From Blastocystis sp. Blastoise (taxonomy: Eukaryota; Protista; Bigyra: Opalinata): a stretch of DNA of 64,000 nucleotides. Numbering within the stretch: position 1 is the first letter of the stretch; every line of letters begins with the position of its first letter. The stretch lies in NCBI GenBank assembly GCA_039096225.1, contig JBBPEB010000006.1, forward strand, positions 310,001 through 374,000, given 5' to 3'. The position numbers and the translations under genes were made by a program. The notes beneath the pieces are model-generated. The model searched no databases, had not been told where the DNA came from, and saw nothing but the letters and a program-made list of their open reading frames with translations. Shown in pieces: positions 1-12,701 of this stretch.

Positions 1-381
1 CATGGGGCAATTATGATAGATATTATGGATATCGTATACCAAATACAACAGATAATACAGTTGTTGATTTGAATGTATGTTTTTGTTTATTAATTTATAT
101 GCACATATAATATGTTATTATATATGTATATATATATTACATATAGAAATATTTATTTATATATATTACATTGAATAGGTGTGGGATGATAAACGAATTC
201 ATTTACTGAAGGAATCGTATTTCCAAAATAAGAGTATTTTGGATATAGGTTGTAATGCAGGTTATGTGACAACTGTTCTCTCAGATATATATCATCCCCA
301 TTATATATTAGGTATTGATATAGATGATTCTTTAATAAAGAAAGCACGATGGTTAGTAGCTCAAAAGTATAAAAGAGAATG

Positions 382-412
<31 letters not shown>

Positions 413-595
413 TATTTGAATTCTCTTGTTATTTAGAATATTATGATTTATATTGTTATATTAAGCATTAAATAAAATTATTTATAAAATATTTTTAAAA
501 CTATTAATATAATATGTGTTTATTATATCTCTTTTTTCTATATATAATATTATATTTCAATTTTTTTATTTAACACTATACTATAATTAATATAA

Positions 596-638
<43 letters not shown>

Positions 639-1415
639 CTGCATTAAAGGATGATGATCTTCCTTCTTCCTGTTATTCTCTTCATTTTCGACCATACTTA
701 CCTCTTTCTCTAGATATGTCGAAATATCCACATAATTTATTTTTTAAAACTGAAAATATTATATCAGATCATCATTATGGCAAAAATTATGATACTATAT
801 TATGGTATATAGATTTATTATATATATTTGTCTCTATAAATATATACTAGTTTATCCACTATAAAATGGATTCATCTTAATTATGGTGATTCTGGAGTAA
901 TTCAATTATTCGATAAAGTATACTTTTTGTGTTATCTATTCTATAATTTATATATATATATATATTATATATATTATATATATTATATATATATAGATAT
1001 ATTCTTTATTAGTAAAAGGAGGTATTTTTATATTTGAACCTCAACCGTGGAGTTCATATAAAAAGAAAAGAACTATAAATGAAGTATTTATATAACATAT
1101 ATAACATAACATATATAATATAGCATATTTATAACATATATAACATAACATATATAATATAACATATATATAAAATATATATAACATATTTATAACATAT
1201 AATATAACATATATAATATAACATATATAATATAACATATATCTACATTTATATAGCATGTATATAAAGTATATCATGAAATTCAAATTCATCCTCAAGA
1301 TTTTGAGTCAATTCTAATAAAGAAAGGATTCAAATTAATAGATACGATTAGTCCATCATGCAAAAAAGAGAATGGATTTACAAAAAGAACTCTCTTTATT
1401 TATCAAAAAGAATAA
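1..1415 (+). CDS. MEPCE: Bin3/MePCE-family RNA methylphosphate capping methyltransferase (5' end outside window; 5 GT-AG introns)
   Basis: Spliced translation gives WGNYDRYYGYR, D-x-R-I-x-L-L, SAM motif ILDIGCNAG, ILGIDIDDSLI, CLSTIKWIHLNYGD and GGIFIFEPQPWSSY, all typical of Bin3; TAA at 1413-1415. Confidence 0.9.
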
Positions 1416-1833
1416 TATTTATTATGTATGTTATGTCTGTATATTAATTTTGTTTAGCTATCTTTTGAGTATTTAATAACAAAACACAGTTATAAAATTA
1501 TATATTATTAAACGAGATAATCAATTATATATAAAAGAGAAACATTACATATATAAATAAAATTCGTAGATAATAAATTTATTTTTAAATACATATATAT
1601 AAGAAACAACTATAAACAACAAAAAAAAAAGACATCAACTATTTAGAATAACTAAGAATACTCAGTATGAACAACTATTTCAATTAGAAGAATAAAATAC
1701 TATAAATATTATATAATTCTAATTTATAAGATGAATAAAGAAGATAAAAACAAATAAAGAAGATAAAAACAAATAAAGAAGATAAAAACAAACAAAATAA
1801 ACAAAAAATTAAAATAAAAATATATTCATAGTC

Positions 1834-2663
1834 TTAGTTATCAATAACAGTAATATCAGTTGCACATAATCTCTTATGGAAAACAGATATACGAAAAGTA
1901 ACTTGGTTTCCAATTTCTAAGGGGTTTTCAGTAGCTGCAACATCCTTAAAATGGAAAAAAATATCACGAACACCAGCGATTCGTACAGAAGAACGAATAC
2001 GACCATTATTACAATGAATCCATTGAATCTTACCTGTAAGAACTTCAGTAGGAAGAGAAGAAGGATCTTGATGATATAAATCATGATCAGGTTCTTCAGA
2101 ATGGCAACGATTAAGAGGAGATGATGATCTAGAAGAACTTCTTTCAACATATTCATCATGAAGACGAGATGTAGAACTACTCTTTTTGATAGATCTCCAA
2201 TTAACTTGCATTTCATTTGAATTGTTCTCGACAACCTTATTCATAGGAGAAGTATTACGCTTGGATGTAACAACTTTATATTCTATATTTCGTACAGGAT
2301 AATTACGAAAAGCATAAAGCTCATCTAAGGAATAAACTTGTTTTTTATTACCAACAGGAACTTGTTGAGTTACTGATTGGACACTCACTTGACTATCTCT
2401 TAAGCATTCTTTTTCAAGACCATCTAATGATAACGATTCATCTCTACCAGCAGTTTTAGTAACAAAAGGTAAAGTGACAATAGCGAGAAGGCCTATTGCT
2501 GTTTGTCCATAAACCATACAGATACCAGCAAGAGCAGCATAAATGTAAGGAAGAAGCTATAGAAATAAATAAATAAAAATAGTTTCATTTCACTAAAATA
2601 ATAATAATAATAATATACAGTAGGAAGGTTTAAAGAAGAATTATTATTCTTGTTATCAAGCAT
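1834..2663 (-). CDS. Protein with N-terminal hydrophobic segment, YxxxxLphi motif and C-terminal cold-shock (OB) domain; 1 intron
   Basis: ATG at 2663 (MLDNKNNNSSLNLPT), GT-AG intron, then LLPYIYAALAGICMVYGQ. The C-terminus TGKIQW...GRI...DIFFHFKDV...LEIGNQVTF...CATDI matches the CSD pattern. Confidence 0.75.
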
Positions 2664-4697
2664 TATGAATAGCAAATGTAAATAAAATATGTAAGACTTT
2701 TAAGAAAAGTACTATTAAAAAATAAATGTACAAAGACACTTATTTAAAAAGAAGAATAAACAATTTACTAAACACAAAGGTATGAGTCAAGAGATTACTT
2801 TGTGGTAAACAGAGAATGTGTGTCACAAGAGAAAAACGGACGAGTAGTTTCCGAACCATTCAAAATTACGAAAGGTTCTTCATCAACCAGATTGAATGGT
2901 GTGTCAACTCTTTCATCACCTGAAATAAAAACGTCCCATGGGGAAAACAGAGAAAACAGAGAAAAAGGAGTAAAAAATACTAAATCTAGATTTTTTTGTA
3001 TTTCTCGAATCTATTGTTTTGTTTTTAAACACAAAGGCTATCTTTGAGATTCTCCAATAAAATGATTTTTATTAGATTTATAGAGGAGTACTGCGTCATC
3101 AAGATGACAAAAACTGATTGGATGTAGCGTCAGTACAATCGGTTTTTCTCAAGACACTCAGGTCACCATTGTTTTTTTCTAATTTCCCAAATGAAAGAAA
3201 AAAATGTTGAGGACTTGATGAATCTTCTTTTGTCAATACAAAATATTTACATTATTTGATAATTAAAATCTCATATGACTCTTTTTATCATATCAATCTT
3301 ATAGAATATTCACTTGATATTTTTTTCAAACTGAATAATTGTCATCTCTAATTTACTTTATCTTTTTGTATTTTTGTATCTAAGTATATCCTTTATACTG
3401 AATCTATTCCATTCTGTCATTTATTATACAGTTCTTCTATGAAAATAAGTGTTTAAACACACAAAAAAAATAGCTCTTTTTAAACACGTTTAATTTTAAT
3501 GTGTTTTTTTTTTTTTTTTTTTGATGAAGAAAACACTCTCATTCAGTCTATTTCAGATGATTTCAATTATGTTATTCTTCTTAATTCTTATATCTGTTGA
3601 AAACTATTCTTAATGCTAATATATATTCTTTATTTGATTCTATTCCTCAATTCTTCTTTTAAAATAAAGAAATCTATTCTCTTAAAAACCTTGAAAAGAA
3701 TGATTTTTTTGTCATTCAAAGAAGAGCTATAGAAATGAAATGATTCGTTTTATCCAAATCTGGAAACTTTCAAGGTCAAAAGATTTCGGTATTTGCTAAA
3801 CAAAATGAGAATCTTATTACTCATAAACTCACATTAGTCATTTTTATAGTAAATACAGATATTTCTTATTGAATCAATACAACCGTGACTTCGCTTCTCC
3901 ATAATATATGAATCAAAAAGATATATTTAGAAGTTGAAAAGGAGAATCCTTATACTAGTTTCTCTTCATTTATTGAGATCATTATATAATCTCAAAAGAA
4001 GATCATCATTAAATTGAGGTTTAAAAGGGATGATTTGAGATTTAAATCTCCATACCTTGTGATTTTCTCAAACGTCTTTTACGTTTCTTTTTTGTCTTCT
4101 TTTTTTGCATATTTATATATATTGTTCTTCTAGTTCAATAAAAGAAACTCTCAAAAATATATATATATTTAAATTCAAGTATGTATGTATACCAATAAGT
4201 AATACAAATTTGAAACTAACAATAACAAAAACAAATGATGTACTAAAAATAGGTTTTTCATTGCAATTGACAATTATAAACTCTATTTGTAAAATTACAG
4301 ATTTGTCTATGTTTTAACATATATTCTTTATTCATATGAAACCATAAATTAGTTTAGATTTATGTCAATGTGTCTTTTTACTTCAAATAAAACGAATAGG
4401 AAATCTTTGTGACAACATGCTGTTCTCCAGAAAATCTGAATTTCAACATAAAATCGAATCATAGCAAGAATTACAGAAAATGACTCACATAACAATTCTT
4501 GAACGTTATTTTGAAATAGAAGATTGCATGGATGTTTTATTGTGATATCAGATTTCATTTCCATATATAGAAATGAATCATTTTTTTAATATATAATTGA
4601 ATACACAACAAACTGAGTAAGTATTTAGCATATCATAAAATATATATTGATTATAAATATATTATTCGTGAAATAGTACAGTAGTTAATGAAAACAG

Positions 4698-4896
4698 AGT
4701 AACACAGAAAAAATGAAATAATGTATTTTTAAATACTATGAAAGAAACGAGTTGTTTTCCCTGATGAGCCGATATATACCGAGCAAGCTCGGTATATTCG
4801 GCATTTTTACACGAGTCGAAGGACGAGTGTAAAAATAATCAGGGAAAATAACGAGTTTCATTCATAGTATTTCAAAATAATCATTTTTCTGTTACT
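4698..4896. repeat. Y-shaped fold-back palindrome (long stem with two hairpin arms)
   Basis: 4724-4765 pairs with 4838-4879 (42 bp, 5 mismatches); arms at 4768-4802 and 4803-4836; outer stem 4698-4716 with 4881-4896. Confidence 0.9.
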
Positions 4897-5557
4897 ATGA
4901 AAGAAAAAAATCAAAAAAATCATGATTACATGTCAAACTTTGTTTATTTCCCCATTATTGAATGTTCAGTTATTTGTGTTCCATATTAATAATATATAAA
5001 AATTATAGAATATAAAAATATCCACCATTTTAAATAAAACAGTATTTCAGTTTTTATGGTTCCATACATTTATTCGCGATTTTCTGTAACTATTTACAGT
5101 AAATTTGTTATTTCCCAAACTAACCGTTATTATTATTATTTCTCTTTTTTATATTATGTATAAAAAGTGATCCGTGTTCTCATGTTATATTATGAAAAAT
5201 GTTGATTATTGTACATCAATAGATGACGAGTCATTTGTCATTTCTCTTTTTATATCAATCTTTTATAATAATCTTGTTTATTAGATAATATACAATAGAA
5301 ATTTCAAATTAATCATGAAAATTATTTCTTTTATAATAAACTTATTATTTTTCTCTCTTTTTTATGTTCAGTTATCATCATAATTACTTTTTATATATAT
5401 TTATCATATATATTTTAATAACTTGACTTGATGACAGATGTTACGTCAGGATCCATTTGAAAAGAGTCTATTTTTACACTCATTTTTTTGTTATTATTGA
5501 AAAACCTATAGGTATGTTATTCTCTATTTTTATAGCAACTAAACTATATCTCTATAG

Positions 5558-6020
5558 GTCAGTTTGAAGATTATAAAAGAAAAAATTGGAAATGGAATGA
5601 TGAAAGCTAGAAATGAGTGCTTGAATGGTTATAGGAGTAATCAGAACTGATGATCAGATGCTGTGATGTTTCTGGTGTAGTTTTTATCCAAAAAAAAAAT
5701 GGAATTGAGTGAAGATCTCCATTTTAGTTGCTAAATATCAAAGGTATATATTTATATATATTTATATATATTATTCTATTTCTTTCTTAGTATTCATTTA
5801 TTTATATTGATATATTGTATATGTTTTTTGTTTCCATTCTTGTTCTTTTGTTTTATTAGTATTTAAATATATTATATAAAATATGCTTAGAATATATCAT
5901 ATATATTATTTAGTGTAGAATAAAGGCAAAGCGTTTGGTGTTGCTTCTAATGCTGCTAATTATAATTACAAATTTGTTATATTATTATGATATATTGTCG
6001 TTTATAGAAAGCTGCTTCAT
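5558..6020 (+). pseudogene. Exon-like segments with splice signals but stops in all frames (pseudogene or spliced ncRNA)
   Basis: TATAG|GTC at 5558 to AAAG|GTATAT at ~5744, exon-like 5914-5975, and TATAG|AAAGCTGCTTCAT|GTAAGT at 6008-6020; no open frame across the first segment. Confidence 0.35.
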
Positions 6021-6121
6021 GTAAGTATCAAATTAATATGTATATTATTATTTATTTTCATTTTTTGAACTTTTTTTATTATTTTTATTTCAAATATTAA
6101 TTCTAATATGAAATATTGTTT

Positions 6122-6232
6122 GTTTCTTTCATACTGTGAAAGAAATTTTTTTCGTTTCTTTCACAGTTTCCCCCATCATTACTACCATTTTAATCACGGT
6201 TATTTTTTTTTTCTTTCATAGTAACAGAAAAA
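6122..6232. repeat. Hairpin and inverted copy related to the 4698-4910 element
   Basis: ACTGTGAAAGAAA/TTTCTTTCACAGT 13-bp hairpin; TTTTTTTCTTTCATAGTAACAGAAAAA (~6206-6232) is the reverse complement of ~4884-4910. Confidence 0.75.
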
Positions 6233-6308
6233 AGAAGAAATCTCCCACCAAAAAAATGGCACTACAACCTGATTTTTAAAATATTTTAATTTAATTCAAT
6301 ACTACAAG

Positions 6309-8860
6309 ATGGAAACTGAACAAGAACGTATGTTTTTCATATATGCATTTACATATTCTATATAATGATAACAGATATAGAACCTACAGGAGTCGACAAG
6401 AATTCATTACCAGAGTTTAATACTGATTTATTGAAGATTTATTATAGTCGATTATTTCCTTATCAACAATTCTATGATTGGCTTAGTTATACTCATGATC
6501 CTATTGATAAAGAGTTAGAAGAGAAAGGTGTTACAGACCCAGCTTTTTGTCGAAGAGAGTTTTCATTTACTTTAGAAAATGATATTTATTTAAGATACTT
6601 GAGTTTTAATGATGCAGAAGGATTAAAAAAAGAAATGGTGAGTCGTCTACCCATCAAAATGGATCTTGGTGCTATTTATAATCTTCCCCCTCGTAGTCGA
6701 CAAACTGTTCAATCGAGCGTTTTTGAACCAATTGAAAGAGAGTTAATTTTTGATATTGATCTTACAGATTATGATGAAGTAATTTTTTTTTAATTAATTA
6801 TAATTATAATGTTTATGTATAATATTGTTATATAATATTTATATTTAATTTTATTATATAATATTTATTATATAATATTTATTATATAATATTTATTATA
6901 TAATATTTATTATATAATATTTATTATATAATATTTATTATATAATATTTATTATCTAAATCTAATAAATATAGGTTCGTACGTGTTGTAAGGAAGGTAA
7001 TATTTGTTTAAAATGTTGGAAATTTTGTGTAGTTGCTGTACATATATTAGAGAGAATTCTTAAAGGTATAGACAATACTATATTCTATATATTCATTAAT
7101 TGATTGCTTTTCTTTTTAATATTAACGATCCTATATATCTAGAAGAATTTGGTTTTAAGCATATATTATGTATATATTCAGGAAGAAGAGGTATTCATAT
7201 GTGGGTATATATTTATTTGTAATTTTTTTTAATATTTTTATTTTATAGTCTTCTATATTTATTTATATTTCTTTTTTTTTAATATTTTCTGTAATTATTA
7301 TTTATAATGAGATCGTAATATATATATTATTATTCTATCATTTTTTTATATTTATGATGAATAATATATATTTTTCTATATTTATAAGAATGAATATATT
7401 TTTCTATATCTATAAGACTGAATATATATTTCTATATCTATAAGAATGAATATATATTTCTATATCTATAAGACTGAATATATATTCTTTGATTTCTATA
7501 GGTATGTGATAAGAGAGCACGTCAGTTAACAGATCGAGAACGTAAATGTATATTAAACTATATATCTATTACTATACAAACAAATAAACAAATGGAGAAT
7601 GAGGATTCACTTCCTTTTCCTCCTACACCCTCTATTGTGTATATATATATAATACATTTATTTATTTATAGATTATCTTTTCTTAATTGATCTATATAAA
7701 TAGATCTATATAATTATTAATAATTATACTTTTTTAAAACAATATTTTTCTATATTACAAGATTAGTATAATTTTGATTTTATCCATCTTTCTTATTATG
7801 TATATATAGTCAATCCTTCAATTTATGTGAACAATATTTCACTAATGATTTCTTATCTGTATCGAATATGGCCCTTTTTGATTCATTTTCTTTACCTGAT
7901 ACAGGCAAACAACGACTTGATACCATTATGAAACTTATTGACAGCAATTGTTGTATATATATATGTTTATCATTACTTTTCTTTATCTATTATATATTTT
8001 AATAAAATATTTATAAATTATTATTTATTCTTTATTATTTATATCTAGTATATATAATAAATATTATATATATATAGTATCCTTTCAGGAGAGAGATGGA
8101 ATACTATCGATGTTAAAAGAAACAGGTATAAATGGAAAAGAGAAATGGCTCAGATTAAAATCATTATTGATGTCAATAGATCTTAGCAACAAAACAAAAC
8201 GACTTGATCCAGTATATTTATTTATTTATATTTTTATTTATTTATTTAATTCTTTATTTATTTATTTATTTATTTATTTATCTTTTTATTTATTTATATT
8301 TTTATTTATTTATTTATTTATTTATTTAATTCTTTATTTATTTATTTAATTCTTTATTTATTTATTTTCTTTTTAAATATATATATATTCTTTTTGTTTT
8401 TACACATATATAATTCTTTAATGTGTTATATATTACTATTTTCTTATCCTTTACTTATTTTTTATAGAAAGCTATACATAAATATATGTCTGCATACTAT
8501 ATATTATTTTATTATGTATATCCCCGTATCGATACAAATGTTTCTGTCGCTCGTAATCATTTACTGAAATCCATGTTTTGTATTCATCCTAAAACAGGTA
8601 TATATGTTTATTATTATTATTATTCTATTTATAATTATACAAAAATTTATTATTGTTATTATATTAATATAGGCAAAGTTTGTATACCAATTGCTATCGA
8701 TCAAATTGACACTTTTAATCCTCTTACAGTTCCAACACTATCTTCACTTATACAAGAATTAGATAATTATAACGGAGATCCTTCTATTGATGATCTTCAT
8801 AAAACATCTCTTGGACAATATGTTGATTTGTTTGAAACTGAATTCATTCAACACTTATAA
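6309..8860 (+). CDS. PRIM1: DNA primase small (catalytic) subunit; 8 GT-AG introns
   Basis: [86 protein letters not shown]. Confidence 0.97.
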
Positions 8861-9033
8861 AGAATTCTTTATTCTTATAATTTTAAATACTCATTAAACT
8901 AACCTATTTTTAAAGCATGCATTTGTTTTGTTAATATACATTTATATATATATAGATTTTTATATCTGTTAAAAACATATAACAAAACAAATAAATTGTT
9001 GTACAGCAGATTCTGATAATAATCTTCGAAAAA

Positions 9034-9543
9034 TTAAAGACGTTTACCATGACGAGACTTGCATTTACGGCAAGAATCGGTAGGGATGGGGGTAACATCT
9101 TCAATACGACCAATCTTCATACCATTACGGGCAAGAGCACGAAGGGCAGATTGAGCACCGGGACCAGGAGCAGGAGAACCAGCACCTCCAGTAGCTCGGA
9201 GCTTAATGTGAAGAGCGGTAATACCGATTTCCTTAAGTCTAGCAGCAACATCTTGAGCGGCAAGCATGGCAGCATAAGGAGAAGATTCATCACGATCAGC
9301 CTTAACTCTCATACCTCCGGTAATTCTAACGAGGGTTTCACGACCAGATAAATCGGTAACGTGAACGAAAGTATCGTTGAAAGAGGCAAAGATGTGAGCA
9401 ACAGCGAAAACTTCTTCACCATCCTTAACATTTTGAGGACCAAGCTTAACAATTTCCTTTTCCTTCTTTTCTTTTTTGGGAGCCAACATAAAATATCGCA
9501 TAATTTGATGCTGATGATAACATATATAATTAAGCCATACCAT
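9034..9543 (-). CDS. RPS14: 40S ribosomal protein S14 (uS11); probable intron directly after the ATG
   Basis: [17 protein letters not shown]...[23 protein letters not shown]...[13 protein letters not shown]...IEDVTPIP; ATG|GTATGG at 9543-9535. Confidence 0.98.
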   Translation of the reverse strand: MVWLNYICYHQHQIMRYFMLAPKKEKKEKEIVKLGPQNVKDGEEVFAVAHIFASFNDTFVHVTDLSGRETLVRITGGMRVKADRDESSPYAAMLAAQDVAARLKEIGITALHIKLRATGGAGSPAPGPGAQSALRALARNGMKIGRIEDVTPIPTDSCRKCKSRHGKRL

Positions 9544-9995
9544 TATTAGTATCCAAACAGAACTGCTGTAAAATATTATGAAAAACAAAACATTTTTTAA
9601 GGTATAAAAATGAATGGTCTATAAACAATATGATTATTATAAAAAATTGATGTACAGTGATTATCAACGACTTTTCCCATAAAAAAATGATGATTCAAAA
9701 AAATATTAAATTCCCGTTATTATTATTGACAATAACAAATTTTTATTTTTTTTATATGAATGCCTATTTTCAATAAGTTTTTTGCATGTAGATAGTGTAG
9801 AAAACATGTTTACAATCATATTGAGTTCAATTATATTCATATGAAAGAGTAAGCAATTCTTTTTTTAAATCTTCTATATTGGGATAACTAGCTTGATCAA
9901 TTGTTGATTGAGATAACAAAATACAAGTTGGCAACACAAAATATTACAAAAACTAAGAATAATGAAAGATTTTTTATAAGTATATTTTAGAAAGA

Positions 9996-10458
9996 TTAGT
10001 TCTTTTTATGTTTACTCTCATAGATAGTAGAGATAATGACATAAACAATCATAATAGCAACGAAAATAGCAACACCAACCCAAATCCAAGTAACGACAGT
10101 GTTTTCAGAAGTCCAACCAAACTGAGTAGAATCACAATCTATAAATATATATATAAATATATAAATATATATATACCGTTTCCATCAGTAGTATAAGTAA
10201 TATAAGAAGAACCATTCTTTATTTGAAGTGTATTACCTATATATATATATATATCATTATATAAAAAAACTTTAAAAAATACCTGAAGTCTTGAAAGTAA
10301 TTGAATCAGCCTTTCCAATCATAGCTTTCATTTCATCTAATAGAGAAACACCATTGGAATAAGTTATATATTCAAAAGTAGTAGATCTATATAAGTTATT
10401 CGATAAAATATATTTATTATAGTTAAATAAAAAAAAAATTTAAAAATATATAGGATTA

Positions 10459-10491
<33 letters not shown>

Positions 10492-11021
10492 CTGAATAGA
10501 CACTAAAGTATCTCTGTTAACAATAGGTTTCATAGAATATCCGTGATTAATTAAATAGTTGATATCGTTAGTCTTTACATAAGCATCAGTTATAGAATAA
10601 GTATAAGTATGTTCAGCTATATGAATATCATTTAGTTATTTAAAATCCAAAAAATATATATATATTAATATATATATATACCATCAGTGTTATCAACAAG
10701 TCCATTAATTGACTTTTTATACACAATACTAAGATCCATACCTCTAGAACAATCACCAGTAATAAGAGAAATGTATTCTAAAATGTAAGAAGAAGTTCCA
10801 TTTTTATATAATGCTTCTTGATAAAGAACCTCTATAGATGTAAATAAGATTTTTAAAGATCAATCATAATTATACTTTGAGTTTCAGTTCCATTAAAAGC
10901 AGTACAATCACTTATATATCTTGTACCTAAAATAAATAAATCGGAAAATCAGTATTAAAAACATACAAGTTTGAGCAGAGGCAAGAAGAATAAAGAGAGA
11001 AACTGTAAGAATATAGTTCAT
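9996..11021 (-). CDS. Type I membrane protein of unknown function (signal peptide, C-terminal TM, KxKxx tail); 6 GT-AG introns
   Basis: Starts MNYILTVSLFILLASAQT; ends WIWVGVAIFVAIMIVYVIISTIYESKHKKN*; exons join in frame. Confidence 0.75.
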
Positions 11022-12701
11022 TATGAAATAAATTTAAAATAAATATGTCTTTCTTTAGAAATAATATAAAAAAGAAATATGTTGAGAAATTAAAACAAAG
11101 AATGAGTCTTCATATTGATGATCCAATCAAATGCTAAGATTCTTAAATTGAAAATAAAAATGAAGATTCACTCTGACTACACACAAAAAGAGCGAATCTT
11201 GACATTTTCGGTAGTTTCATATTCATGGTTATTTATCAATACTCTTTGTTCGTCCCTTTTCTGTCAATAATAAACAGAATCTTGCATAGAATTATGCATA
11301 GACTTGTGTATAATCCTCTAAAGATTCATTTAACAATGATATACTAGTCAAGATAATGACGTTTTATAATCTACATTTTTTTTTATTTCTTTGTTCATTT
11401 ATAGGATCCAGTTATAGCAAATAAAGAATCGGATGCATATAAGGGTAGACAGACTTTCCATATATTATGTATACTTTTGTTAGCAATCTTCATTTTTATT
11501 CAACGAAATGGATTATTTTGTGTATATATTATTATTTGATGCATGCTTATAATATACACAGAGATTCAGAAGATAGTTATTTTGTTTTATAATGTGATTT
11601 GTTAGAAAACCTATTCATATTTGTAGGAATAGAATTTTATTATTCAAAGTGATCATATATAAAGGTGTAAAACAATTTAGGCATTATTTAATTATCTAAA
11701 AATAAAAAGTTGACAATTATCTATCTTAGAATTCTCAGTTTTATGGTATATCATGTTATATTCATAATATTTCAGTATATATTTGTGGTTTTTTGCCATT
11801 CAAAAATATAGAATGTAATGAAGAGTCATCATTTATGTTTTGGCATACTAGACTATATCAAGAATATGTTTGAAAAACAATTCTATATCTCATTTTATTG
11901 AGTGTATTTCAATATGTGAAAGATTGTTGGATAATAACTAGTTTGGAAATGATATATTAAATATAGAACACCATAGTTTTTAAAATATACTGATTAGCAG
12001 AGTGATTTATACAAAAATAAACTATATTTATTTAATTAAACGAATTAAATATATTTACAATCATGGTTTCATAGACATGTTGAAATATAATGTTGGAACT
12101 TCTTTTAATATAATTGTTTCATTTTTCAGGCATTAACTAATATCGTCCTCTATTTTGTATATAAACGTGTGTTCATATATATACAAAGTATAGAGGATCC
12201 AGAGAAGAGTTGGAAAAGCATAACAAAAAAAACATTTCAAATTTTTTGTCAATAGTGGAAAAATTTGTGTGTGTTTTAATTATGTTCATATCTATAAATA
12301 AATGTTTAAGACATAATATACACAAAATAAATATTTTAATAAATATTAGTTTATCGATAAAGACAAGAGACGGTTTATTAGATAAAAAAATTCAATTTTT
12401 TGAAAAGAATAATGTTTGGTTAGTAATTCTTTTATGATCTATTTTTTTTAATTGAAAAATATAGGACATGATATACAAAACTATGTAGAATAATTTTGCA
12501 GTTTTTAAGAGTAATTTATTATACTTGATTAACAGAAAGTATGAGTTTTTGATTAAAAACAATTTTATTTTATAATAAATAGACATATAAAAACAAAATA
12601 TAATCGAATACTGACTATATATTTAGACTGAGCAAGAAGTATTGGAGAAGACATAAAAAAACTTTTTTTTGTTTTCAGAATTTTCTTTTCACCTTTTTAC
12701 C

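Noticed and set aside
4755-4850. Hammerhead ribozyme suggested by CTGATGA followed by a stem
   Set aside because: The stem is followed by ATTTT, not the required GAAA, and CTGAT is itself paired with ATCAG in the long stem.
9049-9549. Plus-strand ORFs overlapping RPS14, and other antisense ORFs such as 44048-44266 and 24072-24284
   Set aside because: Antisense shadows of codon-biased genes with no independent protein signal.
11320-11580. Exon-like fragment (TAG|GATCCAGTT...AAGG|GTAG) in intergenic DNA
   Set aside because: Could not be linked to a start and open flanking exons.
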